Below are positions 1 to 10,449 of a DNA stretch of 64,000 bases, in pieces (position 1 is the stretch's first letter; every line of letters begins with the position of its first letter). Made by a program: the position numbers and the translations under genes. The DNA is from Mayamaea pseudoterrestris (Eukaryota). Under the pieces are notes generated by a model. It was given only the letters and a program-made list of their open reading frames with translations. It was not told the origin of the DNA and searched no databases. The stretch lies in assembly GCA_027923505.1 (NCBI GenBank), contig BROI01000032.1, positions 124,001 through 188,000 of the forward strand, given 5' to 3'.

Positions 1-1995
1 CAATCACGTACCCACTTCGTCGGCCGAATGAAACGGTGATGCTGGAGGAGGTCGAAGGATTGGAACTTGTAATAGTTGCTCCTCTTGGAACTGTCCACTC
101 GTACGTGTAATCCGATAGGTCGCTCTCCAGTGTGAAGACAACTCCAGACTCCGCTTGGTCCACGACAGTCGGGCCCGTGAGACGTCCGAATGGCTTGTTA
201 TATATGCGGACAAAGTCAACATTCATTTGTTGAGGGAACACAGTAGAGCTGTCGGGGCTTCCGGGCCAATTTCCTCCCACGGCAAGGTTGAGCAAAAGGT
301 AGAAGCGCTCGTTGAATGGCCAGTTGTGCGGATCAGTGTCGTCTGGCGTCTTTTCAGAGTATTGAGCGCCATCCAAAAACCACCTTATTCGGTCCTCTTC
401 CCAATATACTGCGTAGTTGTGGTACTGGCTGTAAAATGTGTCGTCGTTGGGGAGCTGAATCTGCGTACCAGTGTTCGAATTGTTTGGCCACAAGTCGCCG
501 TAGTGGATGGTGCCATGGACAACGCCCGCTTCTCGCCCGACATTCTCCATTACGTCGATCTCTCCAGATTGAGGCCATTTTCCATAACCTGCAGAAGAAA
601 TGAATGAAATGTTGGTGAGAAAAAGTTGCTGATTCTAGTTGCTTCAAAGCGACTGGCTCCCAGTCACTTACTTTCATCAGTCGACAGCGCCCAGAATGCC
701 GGCCACATTCCGTTTCCTTGAGGAATCTGAATGGATGCTTCAACATAACCGTAACGGAAATCCTTTAAACCCTTAGATGAAAGTCGTGCGGATGTGTAAA
801 CGCCGTTGTCGTTGCGCGCTTCAATTGTCAGCTTTCCGTCGGAAACAACTGCATTCTCAGACTGGTATTTTTGCCACTCGGCATTACCCCAGCCGCACAG
901 CCCAATGTCGCATCCATCGCCGTTCTGGTAACCCCAGTTGGCCGTATCGACCGCATTTCCGTTAAACTCGTCCTGCCACATGAGCGAGGGGCAAACGTCG
1001 TCGTCTGCCGCAGCCATTACGCCCTGCTCGTCGTCCGTCTCATCATCGTCGCCTGCATCGTACACGACTTCCTCCGGTTGCACCACTGGTTTGTCTTCAG
1101 GTTGAGCAGCGGGTTGAGCTTCAGGTACATCTGCTGCTTGACACTCCGAAGCTTTGCAGCCACGTCCACAAACGGCAGGGAACTCGCTGCTCACAAAGTC
1201 GCAAGCACTGCCTTCGTCCATTCCCGTCGTGTCCATTTTGTACTGCATTCGGTCCCTGCAACTATACGCACCAGCATCGTCCGTGACGAGTGTTGCCAAC
1301 ACATTGTTGGTGCAAGTGCTTGGGCATCCGCAGTTGCCAACGCGGCGGTTGCAGACGCTCGCATCGCAGCTTCCACACACGGCCGGGAACTCTTGACCAA
1401 CCAGCATGCAGGCTTGCGGTTCGTCCAAGCCCAATCTGCCCATAAGATTGGTGATAGCCTCGAGACAAGTTGTTCCTTGATCATCTGTCGTGCGGCTCAA
1501 AACTGAGGTGGTGCAGGTGGAGCATCCGCAGGTAATTTGGCCCGTCAAGTCAAAGGATGACGACTGCGACACAATCGCTTGCTCAGAACTCTTCTTGTGA
1601 GAAATGGCAATCAAGGCAATGATCAAAGCAAGTGCCAGTGGAACAAGAATGGCGATCAACAGGTTGACAGTCGTGATTCTCTTGCGGGCGAGCGGCTTTT
1701 CCAAGACAACTTCCGTGGATGGTTCAGTGATCGTGTTTGCATCCTGAAGGTAGGCGGCGCCCTCCTTCTCGTCCGCGGCAGCTGCTTCACCACTTGGGAC
1801 TGCGAGAGACTCGGAAGGGGAGGTCGCAAAGTCATTCTTTGATCTGATTTCGTCTTGCTTGATGGACTCGTTGTAAGTGGCGCCCTTTGGTTGGGATTCA
1901 GCGTCGCGTGGACTTTCAATCTCGAGGGATGACATGGCGACGCTGGAGCTTGGATCTTGGTCCTCTTGGCTTGAAATGTTGGCAACAATAGTCAT
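1..1995 (-). CDS. Type II membrane GH16 beta-1,3-glucanase (laminarinase-like) with two Cys-rich modules; 3' end runs off the window
   Basis: ATG at 1995. TM helix LLIAILVPLALALIIALIAI. GH16 motifs WQDEFNG, YTSARL, YGYVEASI and GMWPAFW. A GT-AG intron at 589-671 joins exon 2, which I translated as SYGKWPQSGEIDVMENVG (catalytic EIDxxE) ... FYLLLNLAVGGNWPG ... MNVDFVRIY. The frame is open to position 1. Confidence 0.9.
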
Positions 1996-2564
1996 GATGG
2001 CCGACAAAAGATCGTTCTCGTTTCACTGGTTCAGAGGCGACTTGGCAAATTTGTGAGGCACGTCGGGGTTGACAAACGAGTGAGTATAATGCCAGTGAAC
2101 CGGTGTTTTGTTCTGTGATAGGATCAAGCAACTCCGATGGGGTTAACAACAGTTCGGAGTCTTCAAATTCAATATATGCTCAATGACTATGTAAATGGTG
2201 CCAAAGACTCTTCTAGGTTCACGGATGTCTCCTCTCTTCCATCAAGATCAAGATGCAAAAGCAACGCACATACAAGAAACGAGCCGCTGCCACGAACCCT
2301 GCGCCATGGGAGAAACGATTTTTTGAATTCATGCAGCATCTGACTGGACACACGTTCCCCAACGGATGTCAACGAAGCATGCCGTTCGTTCAGCGACGTA
2401 TTTAGCCAGTCCTGACGCCAGTTTAGAGGTGCGCCGGTCATTGTGACAGTGCCGGTAACGCACTGGTCCTCTTTGGTTCTGCATCGCGCGGAAATGAAGT
2501 AGCAATGCGGCTACCTTAAGTGCGTATGATACATGCTAATATTTCACTATTTCCAATGTCCCGC

Positions 2565-3512
2565 TCACAAAAACACTACCGGTAGTAGAACAGAAAGAGC
2601 GCTCAGCGCCACCAGGAATGGTCCATTCCAGACGCCCGTTCCTTTGCTCTCCGGCAGCCACTGCAGCGACGTTCCTTCTCCATTTGGACAAAGCGTCACG
2701 TAGTACTCGGAACCGCTGGAGATCTTTTGCGACAAGGTCATGTTAGCTTCGTAGTCAATTCCAAGGCACGTATAGTCGGAATTCACTTGGTCAAACGCGT
2801 AGGTATACGCGCGTTGACATGAACGCTTGAAGGTATCCGCAAAGGAAAACGAGGGGCAGGTTTCCGCCGTGCCGTAAATGCCTTGACAACAAAACTCATC
2901 CTCTTGGAACACGTCACACGCACTCCGGCATCCAACCAATTGTCCTTTGGTGCCAAACATTTGTAGCTCCGCTGGACATATATAGTTGAGATCATTCTGA
3001 CAGCCCGCCCAGGTGCAATAGTCTCTCGTTCCTGGCATGCTTTGAAAGGTTCCGTTCACTGGTGCCACTTGAATGGGAATATTGTAGCCATTGACGAGCG
3101 TCACCGAGTAAAAGTCGACGCCGCTGCCTTGATTGTCGAGTCGCAAATCAACAAATGTGACTGGCGACACTGGAAATTCTCCAAGACAATTCATCCAATT
3201 TTCTCCGCATCTACCCGTTTCGCACATTTCGCCCCATTCTTGACACTGCGTGCGTCCCCAGAAGCGTCCGCTCCAGCCAAATGGAAGAGCGACGGAATCG
3301 TTCTTTTGAGCGTCCAATCGCAAACCTCCATTGTTGATGAGTTTCTGTCCTTGGTTTTGAACAATGCCAATGTAGATTGTCTCATTGCATTGGTTTACAA
3401 ATGTTACCGAGTGAGCAATTGAATGTAGAGGTAGAAGGCAGAAAAGAATTAGCAACAGCGACGGCATTGTTCGGATCTGCATGGGCACTGAGTGTAAAGT
3501 GGAAGCTGCCAT
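2565..3512 (-). CDS. Thaumatin-like (PR-5) protein, secreted and probably GPI/membrane anchored
   Basis: Motifs TFVNQC, WSGRFWGRTQC, DFYSVTLVNGYNIP, CRSAC, FKRSC..AYTYAFD and YYVTLCP. Signal peptide present; the real start may be 3482 or 3467. Hydrophobic C-terminus. Confidence 0.92.
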   Translation of the reverse strand: MAASTLHSVPMQIRTMPSLLLILFCLLPLHSIAHSVTFVNQCNETIYIGIVQNQGQKLINNGGLRLDAQKNDSVALPFGWSGRFWGRTQCQEWGEMCETGRCGENWMNCLGEFPVSPVTFVDLRLDNQGSGVDFYSVTLVNGYNIPIQVAPVNGTFQSMPGTRDYCTWAGCQNDLNYICPAELQMFGTKGQLVGCRSACDVFQEDEFCCQGIYGTAETCPSFSFADTFKRSCQRAYTYAFDQVNSDYTCLGIDYEANMTLSQKISSGSEYYVTLCPNGEGTSLQWLPESKGTGVWNGPFLVALSALSVLLPVVFL

Positions 3513-3896
3513 TGCCAGTTAGGAGGTTAAACCGTGAGCTGTTCGTCTTCTGTATGGTCTGCTCAAACTTGACCTTTCGCTTCCGAGAAACAGTATGTAT
3601 GGATCGTTGAGCCGTCGGATCGACTCTTGTCAATGGAAGTCGACAAAACTTTTGATGCGCGAGTTGGGTTTGTTACCGTCATAGCGGTACTCACAACAAC
3701 GACACGGTCCCGAGTTCACTTTCTCGCCGCAAAACGTCCCGCGAATTGCACATCTTCGGCGAGTAGACCCTGAAACGACACGACTAGAATGAGATAATCA
3801 TACACAACGTTTGCGACATCAATTTCATATCAACCAAACTAGCCCCAATTTCAACTAAACAAGCAAACCAAGCGCTCAGACCACTAGCTATTAGCT

Positions 3897-4421
3897 ATGA
3901 TGCGTCGAGTTGTGACTTTCCTTTTCATTGCGATACTTTCGTCCACGGCCTGGGCGCAGCAAGAGGCATCGATCGCATTGCAAGCAAGCGTTCACATGCA
4001 GCAACAGGAACATCGTGAGTTAATTCTCTCCAACAACTGCTTCTGCAACTCTTGCACAAAGTCCGTTCTCAGAACCAAGACTGGCGACGACAAGAGTTAC
4101 TCTTGCAAACAGCGCATTGCCTATCTCATTGGTGACCAAGGAGAGTCAGAGTATAATGCTTGCGTCCAAGTTGCGGGTGTTGAATTTCCTGATGAATGTG
4201 GCGCGTGCGATCCATCAAAGTGTAGCATGGAAGAAGTATCAGTCAACACTTGCGCAAGGCGAGCGATTCAAATGTGCGGCTGCAGTAGATACCTTGGAGG
4301 GAATACCAACTGCTTTCGTAGCCAAGCAAAAAAGCTTTGCAACGTCCCCGCTAGTGACAAGTCCACGTATCTGGACGAGCTCATGGCCAACGTGCAGAAA
4401 CGATGCACGCGGCGATTGTAA
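3897..4421 (+). CDS. Small secreted Cys-rich protein with one copy of the Cys module found in the GH16 gene
   Basis: Signal peptide MMRRVVTFLFIAILSSTAWA. Module CFCNSCTKSVL...YSCKQRI.YL...E..AC..V...EFP..CG.CD...C. Confidence 0.8.
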   Translation: MMRRVVTFLFIAILSSTAWAQQEASIALQASVHMQQQEHRELILSNNCFCNSCTKSVLRTKTGDDKSYSCKQRIAYLIGDQGESEYNACVQVAGVEFPDECGACDPSKCSMEEVSVNTCARRAIQMCGCSRYLGGNTNCFRSQAKKLCNVPASDKSTYLDELMANVQKRCTRRL

Positions 4422-4556
4422 TGTGCGATGATGCGGTAGAGAGCAAGTACCAATCCGCACATATGCGGCAGTGCAGTCTAATGTTTAAAATCTAATCTAC
4501 CGTTGTAAATTACTGTTCGTGTATTGTATCGTATAAGAAAACTCACTTGTCCATTC

Positions 4557-5909
4557 TCATAATGTCGTTTCCGGCCGCACAAGAGTGTTGCCTGTATACT
4601 CGCCCGCAACAATTAAGAGTGCCACAATGATCATTTGCATAAATTGTTGTTTCCCAAGAAAGGTTTCTCCAGCCAAGAGAGTCGTCAATCCTTGAAAGCC
4701 AATAGAGCCACTGACAAGCACAATCGTCGCAGGGACTTGCACAATTGATTGGGGCCGATCGAAGCGATGCGACCAAACGTTTGACAAAGCAAACACCACG
4801 GCAGCAGCAAGAAATATTCCAAAATTTGGACGAATAAACTTACTGGCGGCAAATGTAGTACCAAATCCGATTCCAAACAGCAGCATGGTCCATATGGAGT
4901 CGCGATAGCTGACTTGAAACGCGACCACGAGCGCCAAGCTCAACAAAGGTACAAAGAATGCTAGCCACGCGGGATGCATGGGCTCGCTTGGTACTTCCGT
5001 CGTTGGCAAGTCGGCAATTGATGATACGAACAACACGCCCAGCCAGCTTCCCATGACGAGCTGCAGAAGCGTCACCAAACCTTTGGCGAGATGTCCAATC
5101 CCTCGAGTGACTCGTTGGCCGACAATCTCTGCTAGTCCAAGCGATACTGTATAGCCCGGCAGAGGGATTGCGACACTGCTTAACGTGACAATAGTGACAT
5201 TAACTTGAGGATAAATGAGCTTGACAGATGTTGCCAGCACGGCTGGGACAAAGGCGCAAGCCGCATTAGTCCAAAGCAACACGTGTGATGGCAGGTACTT
5301 TCCGGATAAGGTTAAGATGCACCAGCAAATTGCGCCGCCAATGCTAGCCAGCAAGGTATCCCACCAAGATCCGCCCAGTAAGACGGCCAGCCCCGCCGAC
5401 GAGCCTATAAAGCCAAAGACGGAGACCAAGTAAACATTGTACGGATCCGGCGACGCTTGAATTTCTGGTAGCTTGCAGACAATCGCATCTTCCACCGATA
5501 CCTTATGCTTGAGTATATCTTTCGCAAGCTCTGAGAGTAGCATGAGCTTGTGCAGGTGCATGCCTTCGGGCGCCTTGACCATGACAGTCGTAGGCAGAGT
5601 ATTTTCATCGTCGTTGGGCCAGACGGACGCGATTAACTCATTGTTCGTGATGAAGAAATTTCCCTTGTAGCAGTTTGTATGTTCCACAAGCTTCTCCAAG
5701 AAGCCTTCGACTCGCGTTCCAGAGCTTCCATACAAGAGAGCAGCTTGACCAAACTTTAAGGAAAAGCGGATGACGGCTGCTATTGAGAGTTCTTGATTCT
5801 GGCGATTGTTTTCGTCAAGCAATGAGTTCGCTGTCGGCGCCTATTCCTGCTGTTGCTGCATTATTTCTACACTATGATCATATTCAGAGAGACTTCTCTC
5901 TAGATCCAT
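4557..5909 (-). CDS. ThrE-family (threonine/serine exporter-like) multi-pass membrane protein with an in-frame TAG at 5841-5843; possible pseudogene or null allele
   Basis: About 10 TM helices and motifs LLYGSSGTRVE, LLGGSWWD, IPLPG and VLVSG. The in-frame ATG at 5909 reads MDLERSLSEYDHSVEIMQQQQE*APTANSLLDE. Confidence 0.8.
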
Positions 5910-6050
5910 TGGAGCTAAATTGCGAAAATTGACGCTATCTACATCGTTTTCCGAGAGTGGATGAGGGTTGGACGACGAGGATGAGACGACTTTTTCAAAG
6001 TCTAACTTCCTCTCTTCTACTCTCCAAATCTCCTCCAGTCAAAGCAATAG

Positions 6051-6344
6051 TGATGTTTCATCAGGAGGCACAAAAGCAAAAAAAGTGTATTCTAAGAGAC
6101 ATCCAACCAAAACCAATAACTCAATTTCATAGTCCTGAAGATTATTATGACAATATTGCTTGAGGATCTCAACTTAAATCATCTTATTAGAGTATCGTAC
6201 TACCGGAGTACCAGTCCACTCAGCTATCTTATTTATCTGCAGATAGGAGTTGCATCTAATCCAATGCATTTGCCTACATCTAGCAGATATAATAAACCTC
6301 ACACTTGCTATTTTCCCTTCATCTGCATTCCTATAAACGCAACA
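6051..6344. mobile_element. Candidate solo LTR or other transposon remnant
   Basis: AT-rich, CpG-poor island (I count 3 CpG in ~345 bp) bounded by TGATG...CAACA. Flanks are AATAG and TATAG (4/5 match, possible TSD). Contains AATAAA. Confidence 0.3.
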
Positions 6345-6410
6345 TATAGATCGACCATTCCCTCCAGCTAGCTGACAGTCAATGGGGCTGTTCTCCTTCC
6401 CGCCCATTCC

Positions 6411-7613
6411 CTACAAGCACCCGGCGAGATACTCGGGAGCATTGTCAATCAACTTTTGACACTCAAACTTGGCCGCGAGTACCGTCCGAACATCTGGCAC
6501 AGGCTTGCCGTCAACCTCGTGCAGATTGGTGCGCAAAAAACGCTCAAGTTTCATGAGTTCCTTGTCGTGCGGACTGTCAAACCAAGATTCAATTGGAATG
6601 CCATTGTCGACCTGATACCCAAACGCATGCGGCGAGTTGTCGACCAATACTGTCTGCGACAAATCGCGACCGAGGACGTTGAGGTCCTTTAAAAAGTTGC
6701 CTTCGACGGAGAGGCACGACTCTCGAAAGAGACGATGATGAAAGTACTTGTTTTCTGTAGAAAATATGAGAAATAATGGATACGCATTACGTGAGACAAT
6801 GTCGCTAATTAATCGGACAAGAGTCAAGGCACCGTCAAAAAGTCGTTAACACGCACCGGGATCAATTCGATCCAATAATTGATCCGCGTACACTTTCTGA
6901 CTTGCAGTAAAGATGACGACTTCATATTGCCCGCAAATGGAGTCGAGAAATCTGCTCAAATAGGGACGCAGCTTGACATGGACACTGTACTCGACACCAT
7001 GGAACACAACGTCGAACAAAAAGTCGGCATCTACAATCGGTTCAACCGTGCAATGCACAAGCGTCTCGTCGAGATCGAGAACCAAAGTTATCTTGTCATG
7101 CATCGTCTTGGGCGGCAAAGTGATGGGAGGGAGCAAATGGCTCACGCGCGAGTAGGGAGGAAGCGACTTGATAAATTGCCATGGGTTGAACTCCTCCTCG
7201 TCCGGCGACTCATTCTCCTCGAGTCCTTGTAGCGACTCGACGTCTTCCATGGAGTCTTCGAGTGAGTTGGGACTCTCCTTCATGGTACTTAGAGAAGTTG
7301 GCTCAGTATCATTGTTCTTGAGCTCTGCGTCAATGCTACTATCATCGCTGCCGAGCTCGCTGCGGCGAGGACTGTCAGGATGATGGTCAACGTGAAGCCC
7401 AGGACTAAAGAGGACGTCAGTAATATCATCACTAGCAATGGGCTGTCGCGGAGGGTGCAACGGAGATAGCGTAGTATCGTTTCCAGTACTGCCGCGCATA
7501 GGACTCTTGCCGCCTCGAGGGCGTTTGATCGAAGCGATGGGACTGCGTGCACATTGCAGGGACGACCGAGGAGGCGTCTTGTCCACCGCTTCGATTGACG
7601 AGGCCTTTGTCAT
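6411..7613 (-). CDS. CTD small phosphatase-like (SCP/NIF, HAD family) protein, 2 exons
   Basis: Motifs LVLDLDETLVH, VKLRP, FTASQKVYAD and KDL..LGRDL...VLVDNSP..F..Q..NGIPI.SW. Intron 6755-6856 (GTGCGT...CTACAG) gives IDPENKYFHHRLFRESC. Confidence 0.93.
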
Positions 7614-8049
7614 GGCAAGACCGAACAGCTAGCAAGTAATCTATAAAAAGGTAGATCAATCGAGGTATCAAATCTCGATAATCGAGGACTGCAGCGGAAC
7701 GACTGAGCTGCAGCAGCTGATGGATGAGGTGATCAGATGACTGTTTGTTGGAGCCCTGCGATGCATTTTGATGGTCCTTCGTCCGCCGAGTCTCGACACT
7801 CAAAAGAAGACAGTAGAAGGTATCTCCACGCCGGGCCAGCATTTCGCGTGTCATTGTTTAGGGCTTCGGTGCTTACTTAAGGTTTGTACTGAATCGCGTC
7901 AGTTTCTTGACATGTCGCAGCGGGTCATACTAACGAAGAATCTGACGCGCAGGCGCGCGGCCGAAAATTTGGAACAAAATGCAGACCCATCATCTCCGTC
8001 ACACTTCGATAAGCGCTTGAATTGGTTGCCTTATCCTACCTCTACCATC

Positions 8050-8625
8050 ATGCCGCACTTTCTATCAATTGTAGTCATTTACTTGACGGCTGCGATGGCC
8101 AATACCCTCGATGTTTCGACTGCTACAGCTCAAGATTTGTTACATTCACGTCGTAGCCTCATGCAAGTCGATTTTGACTCCATCTGCGGCGATCTCCTTT
8201 CCATCTTTAGTAACAGATGCAACTGCGGAAATGCACAACAAGTCGAGAGTGGCGATACTATCGATTGCGACAATGGAAAGCTGACTGCTCATGCGGAGTT
8301 TGAAGACTACAAAATTACGAGCATGGAAATTTGCGATCAGGAACACAGTGGCACGATTTGTACGACAATTTACTACGCAAGCGCCATTGCAGTCCATTGT
8401 GAACTAGCGTTTAACGGCCAACAATGCGAGAGCTGTTTTGTATGCGATGCAAACGATTTGCTTGGACTTCGAGTCAGCTGCGACACCGTGCTTCCTGCAA
8501 TAACGACGGATGGATGCCAAGTTGCCTCCACTTTTTTGCACCTTGACTCAGGAACTAAGCAATTAAGTACAGTGGTAGGAATCGTGTGGGCTTGTCTACT
8601 CTCAAGTATATGGATTCTGATGTAA
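8050..8625 (+). CDS. Secreted Cys-rich protein with C-terminal hydrophobic tail (probably GPI-anchored), function unknown
   Basis: In-frame ATG at 8050 starts a signal peptide (MPHFLSIVVIYLTAAMA). More than 10 Cys. C-terminal VVGIVWACLLSSIWILM. Confidence 0.7.
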   Translation: MPHFLSIVVIYLTAAMANTLDVSTATAQDLLHSRRSLMQVDFDSICGDLLSIFSNRCNCGNAQQVESGDTIDCDNGKLTAHAEFEDYKITSMEICDQEHSGTICTTIYYASAIAVHCELAFNGQQCESCFVCDANDLLGLRVSCDTVLPAITTDGCQVASTFLHLDSGTKQLSTVVGIVWACLLSSIWILM

Positions 8626-9589
8626 TATAAGCCGATGAAGCGACGGCGACTCGCGGTCCTCGAGACTCGAGACGAGAGCCAAGACGATTGGGAATTGAAT
8701 ATTGACACATTGACACCATCACCGCCGACTTGGACGGTTCTTTAAAGTTTCAAACTGAGTTTATATATTATATCAAAGTTCTATTGTTAGCAATATATTC
8801 GTACGAAGACGTGCTACTGGGGGAGCATGAGTGCGCGATAAAGTGGATTAGTTGGCGCGCTTGCAGCAGCAGTCCTTCGTCGTACGCGCAATTTTTGTAC
8901 AGCACATATATTGAGTGTCGTTTCAGATACAGGTATCATCATAAATCACACACCGCCTTTTCGACAATTATAAATAATCCGAACGACCAATGCACAATAA
9001 AATGGTGTTGGTCACCGTACGAGCATAGCTTCTGTTTTGTCGCAGGAGGGCGCGCATTCAAGCATTCAAGCATTAACAATTGACACACAGCAACAGCCAC
9101 TCGCCGCCAGCAAGGTCAGACAAATTGTGCCTCACAACTACTTATTGATATGGCATTGTGAAGCCGTGGCGCTCACAATCACTCATTGACCAGCTGCTCA
9201 CTCGAGCAAGCAATATCATCAGCTCCTTCATGCAGCATTGGATCATGTCGTGCGAGAGACACGCAAACGCATCGTTAAAGGGAGGTCTTGGGGCAGTAAT
9301 CTTTATTGAATAGCCATGTCCACACGCGATCACAAGCGATAAAAATTATCTTGAATATACGTCATGTGCTCCGAAAACTGACTGATCAACGGACAATCAT
9401 CAGTCATATGGGCGACCTCTACCGAAGAATGCAACGACCCGCGGCGCCCACAACGCTCAACGCGATCCCAGCACCAAACCCGAGCGATTACGATGCTCAC
9501 AAATCACTTCCGCATATAAAGCCACTCACGATCAAAGTTTACAGCGACCTTTTGATCCGAAGAGTATTCTAACTTCATAAACTTGAACC

Positions 9590-10360
9590 ATGGCAACCAT
9601 GACAATGACTGGAACAAGCACGACAACGATAAATACAATGCGCAATGCGAGCAATCGCTGGAAGGACAGCAGTCAAATGCTTCGCGAACCGGCCTGCACT
9701 GACTGTACCTTAAAGGCGCCGCGGCGGCGACCTTCTTTATATCGCGAAAGTAGCAGCAGTGAGAATGACCTTGACGACGACGACGACGATGATGACAGCC
9801 TTACATTGACCACAAGTCCCGTTGCGGATTCTATATCGACAATAGACTCTGATGGATTCAACGAAAGCTTAAAGGTCTGCAACTTTTTCGAGCGAGCCTC
9901 GAGGTCCGAACTGCGACCCAGACGGACAATCGACGGACTGTCATTGTCGGGTCACAAGTCGGACAGCTTTCTATTCGTTTCGCAGCCATTACTTCCGGAG
10001 AACAAGCACCTGCGAAGACATATTCGTTTTGCTCCCTCTGTTGAGGAGCGACAGTACGCTGTCACTCATGGGGACAATCCCAGTTGCTCTGGCCCTTGTG
10101 CATTGACACTGGACTGGGAACATTCAGGGTCAAGAAGAATCTCCTATAACGACGTGCTACTGCGAAATCGCCGCGCTGTGAGGCAACTCAGCGCGGGCGA
10201 GCGACGCCAGCGGCTGTTACAAGCAAGTGCCATGAGTAGGGACGAGATGCACATGCTTGACTTGCAGTTCGTTTCCGAGCGAGTAGAGTCACTGCAAAAG
10301 GAGCTCTCTGGTCTGACATTGGACTCCAAGAGGCTGACAAAGTGGCCGAAAGCTATGTAA
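9590..10360 (+). CDS. Hypothetical protein with an RHIRF...Y...GDNP.C..P..LTLDW motif
   Basis: 256-aa ORF with a poly-Asp tract and AT-rich 3' flank. The motif resembles a family I associate with diatom genomes. Confidence 0.7.
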   Translation: MATMTMTGTSTTTINTMRNASNRWKDSSQMLREPACTDCTLKAPRRRPSLYRESSSSENDLDDDDDDDDSLTLTTSPVADSISTIDSDGFNESLKVCNFFERASRSELRPRRTIDGLSLSGHKSDSFLFVSQPLLPENKHLRRHIRFAPSVEERQYAVTHGDNPSCSGPCALTLDWEHSGSRRISYNDVLLRNRRAVRQLSAGERRQRLLQASAMSRDEMHMLDLQFVSERVESLQKELSGLTLDSKRLTKWPKAM

Positions 10361-10449
10361 ATATGAATATTTAGTCATATAAATAATGTAAACTACTTTT
10401 CTTTGTAAGCTATGTTTAATTATCGCTTGATGATTCTTCATGTGGCCCA

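Noticed and set aside
7768..8049. N-terminal extensions in the ORF track (also 11872-11961, 12982-13137 and 41958-42020)
   Set aside because: They begin at non-ATG codons or precede a clear signal peptide; downstream ATGs fit better.
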